A stretch of DNA of 64,000 nt from an uncultured bacterium (GCA_964347065.1 CAYFXN010000003.1:1971-65970); one strand, 5' to 3'. Shown: positions 1 to 10,528, counted from the stretch's first letter. Numbers and translations: made by a program. Notes: a model not told the origin generated them from the sequence alone.

Positions 1-1251
1 AAGCGGCTCAAGCCAGTCGATGAGGTGAAGGAGCTCAGGGAGAAGATAAAGAGATCTCCAAATGATCCGACTCTGCACCAGAAATTAGCTGAGCGTCTCA
101 TAAAAAGGGGAGAATATTCGGATGCTATTTCTGAATATTATACTGCCGCATCCCTTTTCGAGAAGAGCGGATTCGGTTTAAAATCGATAGCTGTTTTGCG
201 ACAATGCCTCAAGATTGACCCCGGCAACATCGATACGGAAAAAAAGCTGATTTCAGCACTGGTGAGTAATGGCCTCACCGGTGATGCCATATTTGAATTT
301 CAGAAAATTATAGGCGATAAAAGCTTTTTCCATGATAGCTCCTCGCGGGAAGATTTTATACGATATTGCATCACTCTTCTCGGAGACATCCCAGAGATAC
401 ATACATATGTGATAAATGACTGTCTCGGCGCACACAATAGCATGGGAATCATTTCCTCGGTGGAAAAAACGGTGCCCCAAATTATTTCCCGTAGGCAGCT
501 GGAAAACTTTCATACATTCCTAGAGGGTGTCACATTGGAGGTAGATGATCCATCGGGAATTTGGGAGGTTTACGCGCTATCACTTCTTTCTTCAGGATTC
601 AAGGAGAAGGCATTTGAGGTTCTGGAAAAAATAGAGAACGCGGGAGACCTCGATGATGATAAACAGAAAACTATCGAGGATGTGAAGGCTTATTTTGCAG
701 AGGTGGACTCCGACGAATCGTTTCCCCGATATTTTTCATCAGTTTCAGAATATCTAGAGAGTTTAAAGCAAAAGGAAGAGCAAATCGAGCAGATCGAGGT
801 GGAAGAAGAAAAGGAGGAAGTTTCCGAGGGGGAGGAGGACATTGGAGCGGTGCTCGATAAATTGAGGGAGAAAGTTGAAACCGAGATAGGAGAAGAAGAC
901 TTAAATGCCCGATACAATCTCGGCATCGCGTTTAAAGAGATGGGATTGTATGAAGAGGCAATAAGGGAGTTTGTTCTTTCAAGCAGGGACGCCAGTCTCC
1001 ATTTTTCCTCGATGGTGATGTTAAAAGATTGTTATGAAAGTTCAGAAAAATTTGAGGATGCCATTACGATAATAAATGAGCTGCTGGAAAGAGGGGGAAA
1101 TGAACAACAGGTGGAACTCGATCTCATGTACCAGAAGGCAAAGATATTCGGTAAATCGGGGGACATGGAAGAAGCGAAGGCATTGTACATGCAGATATAT
1201 GAGGTTGATGAGCATTTTCGCGATGTGGCAGATAAAATAAAAAATAGCTAG
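1..1251 (+). CDS. TPR-repeat protein with Glu-rich segment; may be 5'-truncated by the window edge (first in-frame start is GTG at 25, frame open back to nt 1)
   Basis: ORF 25..1251. The translation shows repeated TPR-like helical pairs (AISEYYTAASLFEKSG..., ARYNLGIAFKEMGLYEEAIREF) and an acidic EEEKEEVSEGEED stretch. There is no stop upstream in frame. Confidence 0.6.
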   Translation, partial: KRLKPVDEVKELREKIKRSPNDPTLHQKLAERLIKRGEYSDAISEYYTAASLFEKSGFGLKSIAVLRQCLKIDPGNIDTEKKLISALVSNGLTGDAIFEFQKIIGDKSFFHDSSSREDFIRYCITLLGDIPEIHTYVINDCLGAHNSMGIISSVEKTVPQIISRRQLENFHTFLEGVTLEVDDPSGIWEVYALSLLSSGFKEKAFEVLEKIENAGDLDDDKQKTIEDVKAYFAEVDSDESFPRYFSSVSEYLESLKQKEEQIEQIEVEEEKEEVSEGEEDIGAVLDKLREKVETEIGEEDLNARYNLGIAFKEMGLYEEAIREFVLSSRDASLHFSSMVMLKDCYESSEKFEDAITIINELLERGGNEQQVELDLMYQKAKIFGKSGDMEEAKALYMQIYEVDEHFRDVADKIKNS

Positions 1252-1301
1252 CGTGGCGAACAATTGTTTTTTTACCGATACTGTGATATAAACCGTGATG
1301 G

Positions 1302-1376
1302 GCGGGCGTAATTCAGTGGTAGAATGCAAGCTTCCCAAGCTTGACGTCGCGGGTTCGACTCCCGTCGCCCGCTCCA
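1302..1376 (+). tRNA. tRNA-Gly (anticodon CCC)
   Basis: 75-nt cloverleaf read directly from the sequence. Acceptor GCGGGCG/CGCCCGC. Anticodon stem CAAGC/GCTTG with loop TTCCCAA (anticodon CCC at 1334-1336). T-arm GGGTTCGACTCCC. Encoded 3' CCA at 1374-1376. Confidence 0.85.
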
Positions 1377-1440
1377 ACCTGTTCCACCTGTTTTTCAAAT
1401 TCGGTTACTTGTTACTTTTTATCTCCCGGATAAGGCTATA

Positions 1441-4400
1441 ATGGCAAGAAATCGAAAGATACTGCTCTTTTTTTTTGCAATCCTCTTTGGGATCATCATC
1501 ACCGTACTTTTCGTTGTATCTCTCAATAAAGAGTACCTTTTTTCAAAACTTGTAAACTCGGCGAACGAAAAGTTGTATTCCTACGGGTACGCTTTCCGCT
1601 ATGATGATGCGGAGATAGCAGTTTTCCCTCCGCGGTTTTCTCTTACGGGCGTTATTATTCTCAATCGAGAAAATGGAAACCGCGTCCTCGAAGCCAAAAG
1701 ATCCTACCTTTCAATAAGGCCATTAAACCTGCTCTTTCACGGTGCTTCTCCCCTTAGCATTTATGTTGAACAGTTCAGCGGAAAAGTGGATGGAAAATTG
1801 CTAGACCTGATTTCCCGTCCACCGCGAAGTGGGAGGAAAAGAAGGCCCCAAAAGTCATTTATTCCCACACTGGTTTTGAAGGAGGGCTCAATTGAGATAA
1901 TCGACCCATGGAAATCGATCATCGGAGCCAGATTATCGATACAATCCCTCTTATTAAGTGGAAATCTGTTGGAGGGGTTGGGCGTTATCTACACGACGGG
2001 GGAAGATGGGATAACGGCTACGATAAGGCACGATGGGGTCGAATACCCTCTTCGGGTAACGGCGCTTCACCTCAATTCCCATATTCTGGCAAAAAAAATT
2101 GACATAAAGAAAATGACAGTGAATTCGCCGTTTATCAACGTATCACTCCGGGGGCGCTACGATGTGTTGAGGGAAAAACTGAAAGGTGAGGTGACGGGCG
2201 ATATAACGCCAGATAAGATTGCACGTCAATTTCACATTGGTGCTCTGGAAAGCCTGTTCGAAGGCGGAAGTGTTTCTTTTTCAGGTGATGCTGCTTTGGA
2301 AAGAGAAAAGGTCAAGGTAGGCTTTGATACGGAATTGGTTAAATTACGGATCAAAGGATTCGAGTTCAATGGCTCCACCCGATGTGATTACGATAATGGA
2401 ATGGTTGCGCTGAGAAACCTTGCCATCGATACGCCGGCGGGGAAATTGAACGGAGATATGCGTTTTGATTTCTCAAGCCTTAGCGGTGAGGGCGAGCTCG
2501 ACATCCAGGATTTTTCACCGGGCAGGTTGGTTGATTATTTCGTCAAGGAAGCGGTAATAGGAGCCGGGGGAATAGGAAAAGGTCACGTATCCTTCTCTTC
2601 CCCGAAGAAGGGTACGGTCATTATGAAATCAGCGCTGCATATGGAGAGGGGTTTTAGCCTTTTGTTCAGGAATATGAATGAGAAGATTGAATGGGCTGAG
2701 CCTGTTGAGCTGATAATCGAAGCGTTTCTCACCGATCTTTTCAAAAACCCGGGTATAGAGCTCAACCGGCTCGTCATTGCAGACAGGGAAAACAGGATAT
2801 CGCTTTCGGGAGATCTCAACCTGAACGAGAGAGAAGGTCGTCTGGTTGGAGAGGTAGACATAAGGAGGGTAAAATCGCTGGGATTAAAGGGTATTTTCGC
2901 CAAGTCAGGTGCTATCAGGGGAAACTTCCTCGCATCCGGCAACCTGTCCAAACCTCTGGTTGAGTCGAGCTTTTCCTTAAAAGATCTCTCCTTCAGCGGC
3001 CTTCCGGCTGGAAACGCATTCATCAAGGGATCGGGGATACTGGGGGGCAATATATCGCTGATCGCAGACTATTCGTCGAGCATCGGAAACATAACGTTTA
3101 CCGGAACATATTTTCCGTATGAGGAGCTCTATTTTACGGGGAGCCTCAATGCCGAAAAAGTCGATATCAGTTCTTTTTTCTCGGACAGTTTTATGAAAAA
3201 AGAGCTTTTTGACTCCTTGCGGGTGCGTTTTCCCCTTCTCTTTCCCGTTACCGGCACGGTTTCATTCTCTGGAGACGTTGCGTTAGGAAAAGATACTATG
3301 AGAGCCGATGGAAAATTGCATAGCGATGCACTTCGCTCTCCAAAGCTGATTTTGCAATCAGTAACGGGCAGCATAGATTATGATGATGGCAACCTCAGTA
3401 TCGAAAATATCTCCTTTACCACATTCGGTGGACAGGTAACGGCGAAGGGAGCAATCGGTGAGGATCGACTCGAGTTCCTCGGCAACTTTTCGAATATCGA
3501 TCCGAATGCTCTGGGTCACCTTATTTCTGAAGATGGGAAGGGGATAGGCGGTGAGAGTGTCGAGGGGGCTTTTCACCTGCTCCACAGAGGGAAAACCTTC
3601 GATAAGCTCGACATACACCTGACGTCTGAACGGATTACGTTCCAGGGTGCCGATCTCACCGGTATCATCGTGGATGGAAGGAAGATCGGGAACGTCCTTT
3701 CTCTTACGCTCTCTACGTCCAATGATCTTGTTAAACTCCTTGCAGATTTTGATCTCAACAATTCAGAGCTTTTCTGCAAGGTCGATTTTATAAATTATCC
3801 CGTTAACGTCACCGATGAATCCATTGATACCAGGCTGGGAATATTCGGGATAGGTGTATCGGGTTCTGCGACAATTTTACATGATGAAATATCAAACCTG
3901 CTTGGGTCGCCATCGGACATGCTTTTCAAGGCTGAAACAGTAAAAATCGATTTTATGGCAGCTCCTTATTTAACCTCTTACAAAAAAAGCCTCCCCGAAT
4001 TTCACATAAGCGGGAAAAAAGGGGAAGGGGGGATATTGCTCAACATAACGTCGCCTAAAGCAGAAGGTGAGGTCGTTGCCCTGATTGAACAACGGGAAAA
4101 GGAAGGAATACATTTTCGAGTACGGGGGAAATTAAATTCCGGGAAATTGCCTGTTGTTTTGCCATCGAAAATTCTGGGAAATATACAATCCGATCTATTG
4201 ATAGATTTTGAGGGTTCCCTTTTGTCCTTTCCCAAAAAGAACGCGGGCCGGTTTGTTTTACAAAATTTGAACTTAGAATTTCCCGGAGAAAGTGTCAAAG
4301 GGGATGATATCGCAATTCTGTTTGATGAAGGAGATATCACAATCGAGAGATCATCAATCAGTGCGAATCAAAAAGAATTTACGATCTCAGGGAAGTCTGC

Positions 4401-5751
4401 CCTGGAGGGCAATATTGACCTTTTCCTGTCCGGTGAATATGATGCCGGCCTCGTTAACATTGTTGTCAAAGATGTGTTCGAAAAAATCAGCGGAAAAGTT
4501 GTAGGTGATATACGGTTGACGGGAAAGTTCCCCGACGTGCAAGTTTCAGGTCAGGGCGTTGGAAAAGACGTATTTATAAAGTTTACAGGTTTCAAACATT
4601 CACTGGAGAATGTGACAACCAATGTGTCATTTTTCAAGGACTATATCCTTTTCGATTCGATAAGTGGAACTATGTCGGGAGGGGATCTCGAGGGATCGGG
4701 GGAGATACGTATTCTGAAGGAAAGTCCCGTTAACCTCTCTTTCAGTGCAGATTTCTACGGCGTCAACTTATCCTATCCTGAGGAATTGCCATCTAAGCTG
4801 GAGGGTTCGATAGAGCTCCTGGGTCCGGTTGACAATCTTTTCTTGCGGGGGGAGATCTTTGTGGACAGGGCAGCCTACGTCACGCCAATCTACCCTGAAA
4901 AATTTCTCGTCGATATTAGAAAAAAAATCGCGAAGTTCAGTGCCCCCGTAGGAAGATTTTTCGCTATAAACTTCGACCTCGAGTGTGTGTCTGACGGAAC
5001 GATTGTTGTCAAAAACAACATTGCTGATGCCACGGCAGGCGGGACCTTTCGCGTGCTGGGGGATACTTCCCGCCCGATAATAATCGGTACCTTTGAAACG
5101 GTCGAGGGGGAAGTCGAGTTCAGGGGGACGCAGTATATGGTTGAAAGACTCAACGTAGACTTTGATAATCCCCTTTCGAACAACCCGAAAATAGACGCTT
5201 TCGCGAAGGCGGAAAAAGGGGATTACACGGTTTATGTAGAGGTAACGGGCAGGCTCGATAATTACTCCGTTGAACTGTATTCGGAACCACCTCTTACGAA
5301 AACCGATATCGTCAGCCTCCTCTCACTGGGTGTCACAACGGAGGCGTATGCCGCCAATGGATCATCGGTTACCACAACCGGGCTGGCAACCGTTGCGCTT
5401 TCTCCTTTGAAGTCCCAGATCGAGGAAGGTATCAGGACTTTTACCGGTTTTGAGAGGTTTGCAGTGGAATCGAACTACTCTTCTGTGACGGGAGTCGTTG
5501 AGCCCACGGTTGTGGTCGGAAAAACCGTCGGTGACCGTTTTTCCATGGACATCTCCACCTCACTTGTCGGTACAGGCACGACCAATGTCATTGGCGAATT
5601 CAAACTGATCAGGGACCTTTACTTCAGAGGTGACTGGACGGGGGGCGGAACTGCCGACGAAGGTGAAATAGGAGGCGAGCTGCGGGTGAGAAAACGGTTT
5701 CACGGCTTTTCGGATTTTGCTGAGAAAATGTTCGGCGGGGAAGGCTGGTGA
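1441..5751 (+). CDS. TamB/AsmA-family translocation-and-assembly-module protein (large periplasm-spanning protein with N-terminal signal-anchor)
   Basis: 1436 aa. N-terminal TM helix (ILLFFFAILFGIIITVLFVVSL) is followed by a long beta-rich repetitive body, as in TamB (DUF490) proteins. It sits immediately upstream of, and overlapping (GTGA), an Omp85 gene. Confidence 0.6.
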   Translation: MARNRKILLFFFAILFGIIITVLFVVSLNKEYLFSKLVNSANEKLYSYGYAFRYDDAEIAVFPPRFSLTGVIILNRENGNRVLEAKRSYLSIRPLNLLFHGASPLSIYVEQFSGKVDGKLLDLISRPPRSGRKRRPQKSFIPTLVLKEGSIEIIDPWKSIIGARLSIQSLLLSGNLLEGLGVIYTTGEDGITATIRHDGVEYPLRVTALHLNSHILAKKIDIKKMTVNSPFINVSLRGRYDVLREKLKGEVTGDITPDKIARQFHIGALESLFEGGSVSFSGDAALEREKVKVGFDTELVKLRIKGFEFNGSTRCDYDNGMVALRNLAIDTPAGKLNGDMRFDFSSLSGEGELDIQDFSPGRLVDYFVKEAVIGAGGIGKGHVSFSSPKKGTVIMKSALHMERGFSLLFRNMNEKIEWAEPVELIIEAFLTDLFKNPGIELNRLVIADRENRISLSGDLNLNEREGRLVGEVDIRRVKSLGLKGIFAKSGAIRGNFLASGNLSKPLVESSFSLKDLSFSGLPAGNAFIKGSGILGGNISLIADYSSSIGNITFTGTYFPYEELYFTGSLNAEKVDISSFFSDSFMKKELFDSLRVRFPLLFPVTGTVSFSGDVALGKDTMRADGKLHSDALRSPKLILQSVTGSIDYDDGNLSIENISFTTFGGQVTAKGAIGEDRLEFLGNFSNIDPNALGHLISEDGKGIGGESVEGAFHLLHRGKTFDKLDIHLTSERITFQGADLTGIIVDGRKIGNVLSLTLSTSNDLVKLLADFDLNNSELFCKVDFINYPVNVTDESIDTRLGIFGIGVSGSATILHDEISNLLGSPSDMLFKAETVKIDFMAAPYLTSYKKSLPEFHISGKKGEGGILLNITSPKAEGEVVALIEQREKEGIHFRVRGKLNSGKLPVVLPSKILGNIQSDLLIDFEGSLLSFPKKNAGRFVLQNLNLEFPGESVKGDDIAILFDEGDITIERSSISANQKEFTISGKSALEGNIDLFLSGEYDAGLVNIVVKDVFEKISGKVVGDIRLTGKFPDVQVSGQGVGKDVFIKFTGFKHSLENVTTNVSFFKDYILFDSISGTMSGGDLEGSGEIRILKESPVNLSFSADFYGVNLSYPEELPSKLEGSIELLGPVDNLFLRGEIFVDRAAYVTPIYPEKFLVDIRKKIAKFSAPVGRFFAINFDLECVSDGTIVVKNNIADATAGGTFRVLGDTSRPIIIGTFETVEGEVEFRGTQYMVERLNVDFDNPLSNNPKIDAFAKAEKGDYTVYVEVTGRLDNYSVELYSEPPLTKTDIVSLLSLGVTTEAYAANGSSVTTTGLATVALSPLKSQIEEGIRTFTGFERFAVESNYSSVTGVVEPTVVVGKTVGDRFSMDISTSLVGTGTTNVIGEFKLIRDLYFRGDWTGGGTADEGEIGGELRVRKRFHGFSDFAEKMFGGEGW

Positions 5752-8492
5752 GGGGGAAGCGCTTAGGGTTCATAATTTCAATTCTTGCGATCTCCCAACT
5801 TTTACTTATATTCGTCAAGCCGGTGTTCTCCGGTGAGGATATTTTCGGGAAAAGAGCGAGGGATATAAGATTCGCGATTGATTCTCCCTTCCAGATATCC
5901 TATCTCGAGCTCGTAAATCTTCTGTCGATTGCTCCAGGCGAGGTCGTTTCCCAAGAAAGCATCAGAAAATCCGTGAGCAGTCTGAATGAAAAAGGCATAT
6001 TCGAAAGGATATCAGTATATGGTGAGGTTGAAGACACACAAGTTGATCTCGTTTTCTTGCTGGAACCTTCCGTGTCGATTGGCGCGATTACGGTGGACGG
6101 AGTGAAATATTTTTCGGAAAAAGAGGTGATATCGAAATTGAGGTTACGGCAGGGAAAGCTTTTGACTTCGGTTGTTGCCGATGACATCCGGAGGAGGTTA
6201 GAGGGTCTCTACAGGAAAAACGGATACTTTGAGGCGAAGGTGGAAATCAAAGTTGCCTGCAGCCTTGAGGAGGGAACCAGTGATGTAATGATCAGAGTAA
6301 GCGAGGGCCGAAAACCGAGATTAACCCTTGCAGACATTCGGGGAAATGTGGCCCTTTCTGATTCAGAAATCATGGACGTGCTGAATGTGGTGGTTGGTCA
6401 GACGCTGAATTTGCAAAAAGTTAATAGAAGGATCGAAAAACTTACGAAGATATACAAAAAGAAAGGGTATCTTCTCGTGAGGATAAACGATCCGGATATA
6501 TCAAGGGTAAAGGATGATACGAACCTTATCGTGGTTGTTGAGGAAGGGGAGCGGTTTGAGATTGAATTTATCGGGAATGAGCGGTACAGCAAGGGAAAGC
6601 TCACATCGGTTTCGGGGATCTATACCGATACGACAAATTACGAAGGCGGAATCGTTGATGCAATAAAAGGAAAAATAGGGTCCTTTTACGTCAACAAAGG
6701 GTTTCCCTTTGCGAAAGTAGATGTTGCTTTCAACCGGGAAACAAAAAAAATTACCGTTCGGGTCGATGAAAGGGGGAAAGGGTTGATAAGAAGTATTGAA
6801 TTCGAAGGAAACACTAACACCAGTGGGAAAGAACTCAAAAAAGTGATGGATACGGCCGAGAGGGGCTTCTTCTCTTTTTTAACCGGTTCGGGGATCTACC
6901 GGGAAGAAGTTTTGGATAGCGATCTTGAGAATCTCAGGGGGTATTACCAGTCGAAGGGCTTCCCGAACGCCAGCTTAACCGTTGGAGAGATAGAGGGTCC
7001 CGAAGAGGGCAAGTTGAACGTGAAGATTCATGTTCTTGAGGGAATACGCTACACAATCAGGGATATTGATCTGAAGGGGGTTGCTTTTTTTACCACCCGC
7101 GAGATTTGGAGTGTTCTGGTGAACCTGCCTGGAATCCCAATCGACTATGTATCGGCATATGCCGATTCTTTAAAGATCCAGAAATTGTATTTTGACAAGG
7201 GATTTTACGATTGCAAAGTGGCAGTTTCTTTTATAACGGATGAAGAGACATCTCAAATCGACGTAGTTTATACCGTTTCAGAAGGGGGGCAGTTTGTCCT
7301 CGGCAAAGTTCTCGTTTCGGGAAACAGCAAGGTATCATCGAATGTTATATTGAGAGAACTCAGAACGAAAAGGGGGGAAGTGTTTGGAGAAGCCGATCTT
7401 TTGAGGTTACAGCAGCGACTCTACAGAACCGGGCTCTTCCGAAGCGTCAAAACGCGAAAAATCAAAAATTACGAGAATAAGGAGATCAATCTGCTCATGG
7501 AAGTTGAGGAGTCGGATGCACTTGTTCTCGAGGGTGGCTTCGGATACGGAACCGATACAGGGTACAGGGGGAGTTTCGGGATGGCTCATAAAAACATCAA
7601 CGGACTGGGGCGCAGAGTCGACGGAAACCTCATTGTCTCTGAAAAAGAAAACAAATTTGCACTTGACCTCACTGAACCATGGTTGCTGGGCTATAACGTA
7701 GATGGTGGGCTGAATTTTACCCTGCAGACCACGGAGGAGGAAAGTTTTACCCTGGAAAAATATTCCCTCGGAGGTTCGTTGACGAGAAAATTCTGGGAAA
7801 GATCATCGATATCATTTCAGGTGGAATTTACCCGGGATCAGACGAGGAATGTTGCTGCCGGTGCCATTATTTCTCCCGAAGATGTGAGGGATGATAGGGT
7901 AATCCTCTTAAGGCCCATTTTGGTCCTCGATCAAAGAGACGACCCTTTCAATCCCCGCAGGGGAACGTTTAATTCTCTCGTAGGAGAATTTGCTTCGGGG
8001 TTCATCGGATCGGATATCGAATATTGGAAGGTTACGGCGCAAACTGCGGGTTATCTGAGGTTGAAGAGGAATCTTATTCTCGCGCTCTCTGGAAGGGGAG
8101 GTTATGCGCAATCGATCAGCGGGGGAGAAGTTCCGATCGATAAGAGATTTCTCCTTGGCGGAAGGACAACGGTGAGAGGATTTGAAGAGGACAGGCTGGG
8201 GCCTATTGGAACTGACGGTTCCCCGATTGGCGGGGATACCATGGTGAATCTCAACACCGAGTTGCGGTACTACCTTACCAGATCCATTATACTGGCCCTG
8301 TTTTTCGACGGCGGAAGCGTGTGGCTGAGAGACCGGAAGGAGTTCGATTTTGATTGGAGGGAAACAGCGGGATACTCGATAAAGTACGTAACACCCGTTG
8401 GTCCGATTTCTTTCGATATGGGTTTTAAACTGGACAGAAAAGAGAACGAGTCAAAATCTGAAATACATTTTACGATAGGAACAGCTTTTTAG
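5748..8492 (+). CDS. bamA: Outer membrane protein assembly factor BamA (Omp85 family, POTRA repeats plus C-terminal beta-barrel)
   Basis: 914 aa. Signal peptide (RLGFIISILAISQLLLIFVKPVFS), multiple POTRA-like modules and an Omp85 barrel. The C-terminus ends in the aromatic beta-signal ...IHFTIGTAF. GTG start overlaps the tamB-like stop. Confidence 0.75.
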   Translation: MRGKRLGFIISILAISQLLLIFVKPVFSGEDIFGKRARDIRFAIDSPFQISYLELVNLLSIAPGEVVSQESIRKSVSSLNEKGIFERISVYGEVEDTQVDLVFLLEPSVSIGAITVDGVKYFSEKEVISKLRLRQGKLLTSVVADDIRRRLEGLYRKNGYFEAKVEIKVACSLEEGTSDVMIRVSEGRKPRLTLADIRGNVALSDSEIMDVLNVVVGQTLNLQKVNRRIEKLTKIYKKKGYLLVRINDPDISRVKDDTNLIVVVEEGERFEIEFIGNERYSKGKLTSVSGIYTDTTNYEGGIVDAIKGKIGSFYVNKGFPFAKVDVAFNRETKKITVRVDERGKGLIRSIEFEGNTNTSGKELKKVMDTAERGFFSFLTGSGIYREEVLDSDLENLRGYYQSKGFPNASLTVGEIEGPEEGKLNVKIHVLEGIRYTIRDIDLKGVAFFTTREIWSVLVNLPGIPIDYVSAYADSLKIQKLYFDKGFYDCKVAVSFITDEETSQIDVVYTVSEGGQFVLGKVLVSGNSKVSSNVILRELRTKRGEVFGEADLLRLQQRLYRTGLFRSVKTRKIKNYENKEINLLMEVEESDALVLEGGFGYGTDTGYRGSFGMAHKNINGLGRRVDGNLIVSEKENKFALDLTEPWLLGYNVDGGLNFTLQTTEEESFTLEKYSLGGSLTRKFWERSSISFQVEFTRDQTRNVAAGAIISPEDVRDDRVILLRPILVLDQRDDPFNPRRGTFNSLVGEFASGFIGSDIEYWKVTAQTAGYLRLKRNLILALSGRGGYAQSISGGEVPIDKRFLLGGRTTVRGFEEDRLGPIGTDGSPIGGDTMVNLNTELRYYLTRSIILALFFDGGSVWLRDRKEFDFDWRETAGYSIKYVTPVGPISFDMGFKLDRKENESKSEIHFTIGTAF

Positions 8493-8500
8493 GGATGTGC

Positions 8501-8518
8501 TTCAGGCTATTGCCTGAA
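8501..8518. repeat. Perfect 7-bp inverted repeat (TTCAGGC-TATT-GCCTGAA) at the junction of the convergent bamA and RDD genes
   Basis: Read directly. It overlaps the stop codon of the minus-strand RDD gene and lies 9 nt after the bamA stop. No downstream U-tract on either strand, so it is not a canonical intrinsic terminator. Confidence 0.3.
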
Positions 8519-8894
8519 CTTCCTCCTCCTTCCTTATAACCACGGTGTTGGCGATCCGGTCACCGAGCCTCTGCCTCTGGGGGTGAAACAGGGCAAAGAA
8601 TCCCTCAATGACGACGGTAACGGGCATGAGAAAATAAAACATGAAGGTTATATTGCGAAAGGATGAATCAACGAACCCTATCTTTCGACCGTCGAGATGG
8701 GCAACCCGCAACCCCAATATTTTTTTTCCAATGCTTTGCCCGCCGAAGAACCCATCCCTGAACAGTATATAGAGCATTGCAATGAAATGGCCGAGACCAC
8801 CGAGCCCGTAAAAGATCGCCACGTATATAATTATGTCGATTATGAAGGCGAGAAACCGCGTGGTCAGTTCAGCCATGGTTACATTTTCAAGCAT
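8502..8894 (-). CDS. RDD-family small membrane protein
   Basis: 130 aa with two or three TM helices and R/D signature residues (FRDGFFGGQSIGKKILGLRV ... RLGDRIANTVVI), typical of PF06271 RDD proteins. Confidence 0.65.
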   Translation of the reverse strand: MLENVTMAELTTRFLAFIIDIIIYVAIFYGLGGLGHFIAMLYILFRDGFFGGQSIGKKILGLRVAHLDGRKIGFVDSSFRNITFMFYFLMPVTVVIEGFFALFHPQRQRLGDRIANTVVIRKEEEVQAIA

Positions 8895-9097
8895 AGCTTC
8901 ATCTCCTGCAGCATATCAGAGGGTAAATATACATATATAACGTGAGCCGGTCAATAATAAATTAAAATATGGGGGCGGAATTATTCCGTTCTCATCAGGG
9001 CAATTCGCATGTAATGGGTATATTGTATCGGTTATACTGTTTGACAAGAAGGTCTCGTTCATTCAATAAATGGTGATAGATTGTCTTTTCTTTTTCG

Positions 9098-10408
9098 GTG
9101 CGGATCGAAAACATGAATGTCATCCTATTCATAATCCATGTAATTCTCCTCTTGTTGCTGATTTATCTCTACCTGAGATTCCACAGATTCAGGAAGATGA
9201 TCGAGGCGCATATGCGAAGATTTCATGAGCATGGTTTCACGAAGATTATTCCCTTGGGGACGGAGGAGGGCATAGAGAAGAATCTTTCAGAGGTGGGGGA
9301 TAAGATCATCGAGTTCAAAGAAATTCTCGATGAGAACAGTGAATTGAAAGAGACGACAGGGAAAATTACGAAGGAATTGTTAGAGACAAGAGAGCACCTG
9401 ACGAACAAGATAGCAGAGTTGCATGCCCTTTTCGATATATCGACGTCGATTAGCCTCTTGACGGAAAGCGGTAATCTGTTCAAATCAATTCCTGAGGCGC
9501 TCAAGACATACCTCGGTATCGAAAAGATCGCAATTTTTCTTTTCGATGAAGAGAAAAATGGGCTCGTTCCCGTGAGCTATTCCGAAGGGCTCAGAGATTA
9601 TTTCGAGAAGAAAGTGATAAAAATAGGCGAGGGAGTTGTGGGAAAGGTTTACAGCACCGGAGAGTCCGTTTATATACCCGATATGAATAAGATTTCAGCT
9701 CAGGTTTACGCGAGAGGGCATAAGAGAGATGTCCGATCTGTTATAGCCGTTCCTCTCAAGAAAAGGGACAGGACTATTGGCGTTTTTTACATCAGCCATA
9801 ACGAGGATAATGCCTTTGATCCGGAAACATTGGGCACCGTGAAGACACTCGTTCGAAACATTGCGATTGCTATTGAGAATACCGAGTTATACCAGTATGC
9901 GAAGATGCTCGCAGAGAGAGATTCTCTCACATTGCTGTACAACCACGGCACGTTCCATTCGAGGCTTGAATATGAGGTCGACCGGGCCAGAAGGTACCGG
10001 CGCCCTCTTACCGTTGTTATGCTCGATATCGATGCTTTCAAACTCGTCAACGATAAGTTCGGACATATCACAGGCGACAGGATCTTGAAATTGGTAGCCG
10101 GGGTGATAAATGCCCATACGAGGAAAACAGATATTGCTGCACGGTATGGAGGAGATGAATTCGCAATATTGTTGCCAGAAACGAACCATGCCGCAGCACT
10201 CGCAATCGCAAAAAGAATAAACTCCGGGTTAAAGAACTTGAAGGTCGATACAGGGAAGGGGGGAGACATATCTGTCACGGCGAGCTTTGGAATAGCGTCA
10301 TGCAGACACGATTCTGTTGAAAGAAAAAACATCGTAGATGTGGCGGATACACTTATGTATACTGCGAAAAACGCGGGATATGGAGAGATCGTTTCAAAAA
10401 TTATTTAG
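9098..10408 (+). CDS. Diguanylate cyclase (N-terminal TM helix, coiled coil, GAF domain, GGDEF domain)
   Basis: GG(D/E)EF active site present (RYGGDEFAILL). Upstream A-site and I-site context (RRYRRPL...DIDAFKLVND) and GAF-like region (GVVGKVYSTGESVYIPD). The first codon is an alternative start; the ATG at 9113 is a likely true start. Confidence 0.8.
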   Translation: MRIENMNVILFIIHVILLLLLIYLYLRFHRFRKMIEAHMRRFHEHGFTKIIPLGTEEGIEKNLSEVGDKIIEFKEILDENSELKETTGKITKELLETREHLTNKIAELHALFDISTSISLLTESGNLFKSIPEALKTYLGIEKIAIFLFDEEKNGLVPVSYSEGLRDYFEKKVIKIGEGVVGKVYSTGESVYIPDMNKISAQVYARGHKRDVRSVIAVPLKKRDRTIGVFYISHNEDNAFDPETLGTVKTLVRNIAIAIENTELYQYAKMLAERDSLTLLYNHGTFHSRLEYEVDRARRYRRPLTVVMLDIDAFKLVNDKFGHITGDRILKLVAGVINAHTRKTDIAARYGGDEFAILLPETNHAAALAIAKRINSGLKNLKVDTGKGGDISVTASFGIASCRHDSVERKNIVDVADTLMYTAKNAGYGEIVSKII

Positions 10409-10528
10409 CTTGTTTCAAAGTAATTGTTGTGCCCATCCAGCTCCATCAATAATGAGAGGCAGATTATTTGATGGTAAAGAGAAACACCCAGGAAACGAAA
10501 GGAAAAATTACGAAATATGACCAGATGA

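Noticed and set aside
1042-1398. 118-aa minus-strand ORF spanning the tRNA-Gly gene
   Set aside because: It reads through the tRNA (the ATGVEPATS segment is the tRNA T-arm translated) and the 3' end of the TPR gene, so it is not coding.
1434-1442. TATAAT hexamer directly upstream of tamB-like gene
   Set aside because: The hexamer overlaps the ATG start codon itself (1441-1443), so it cannot be the -10 for that gene. It is probably a chance A/T-rich RBS context.
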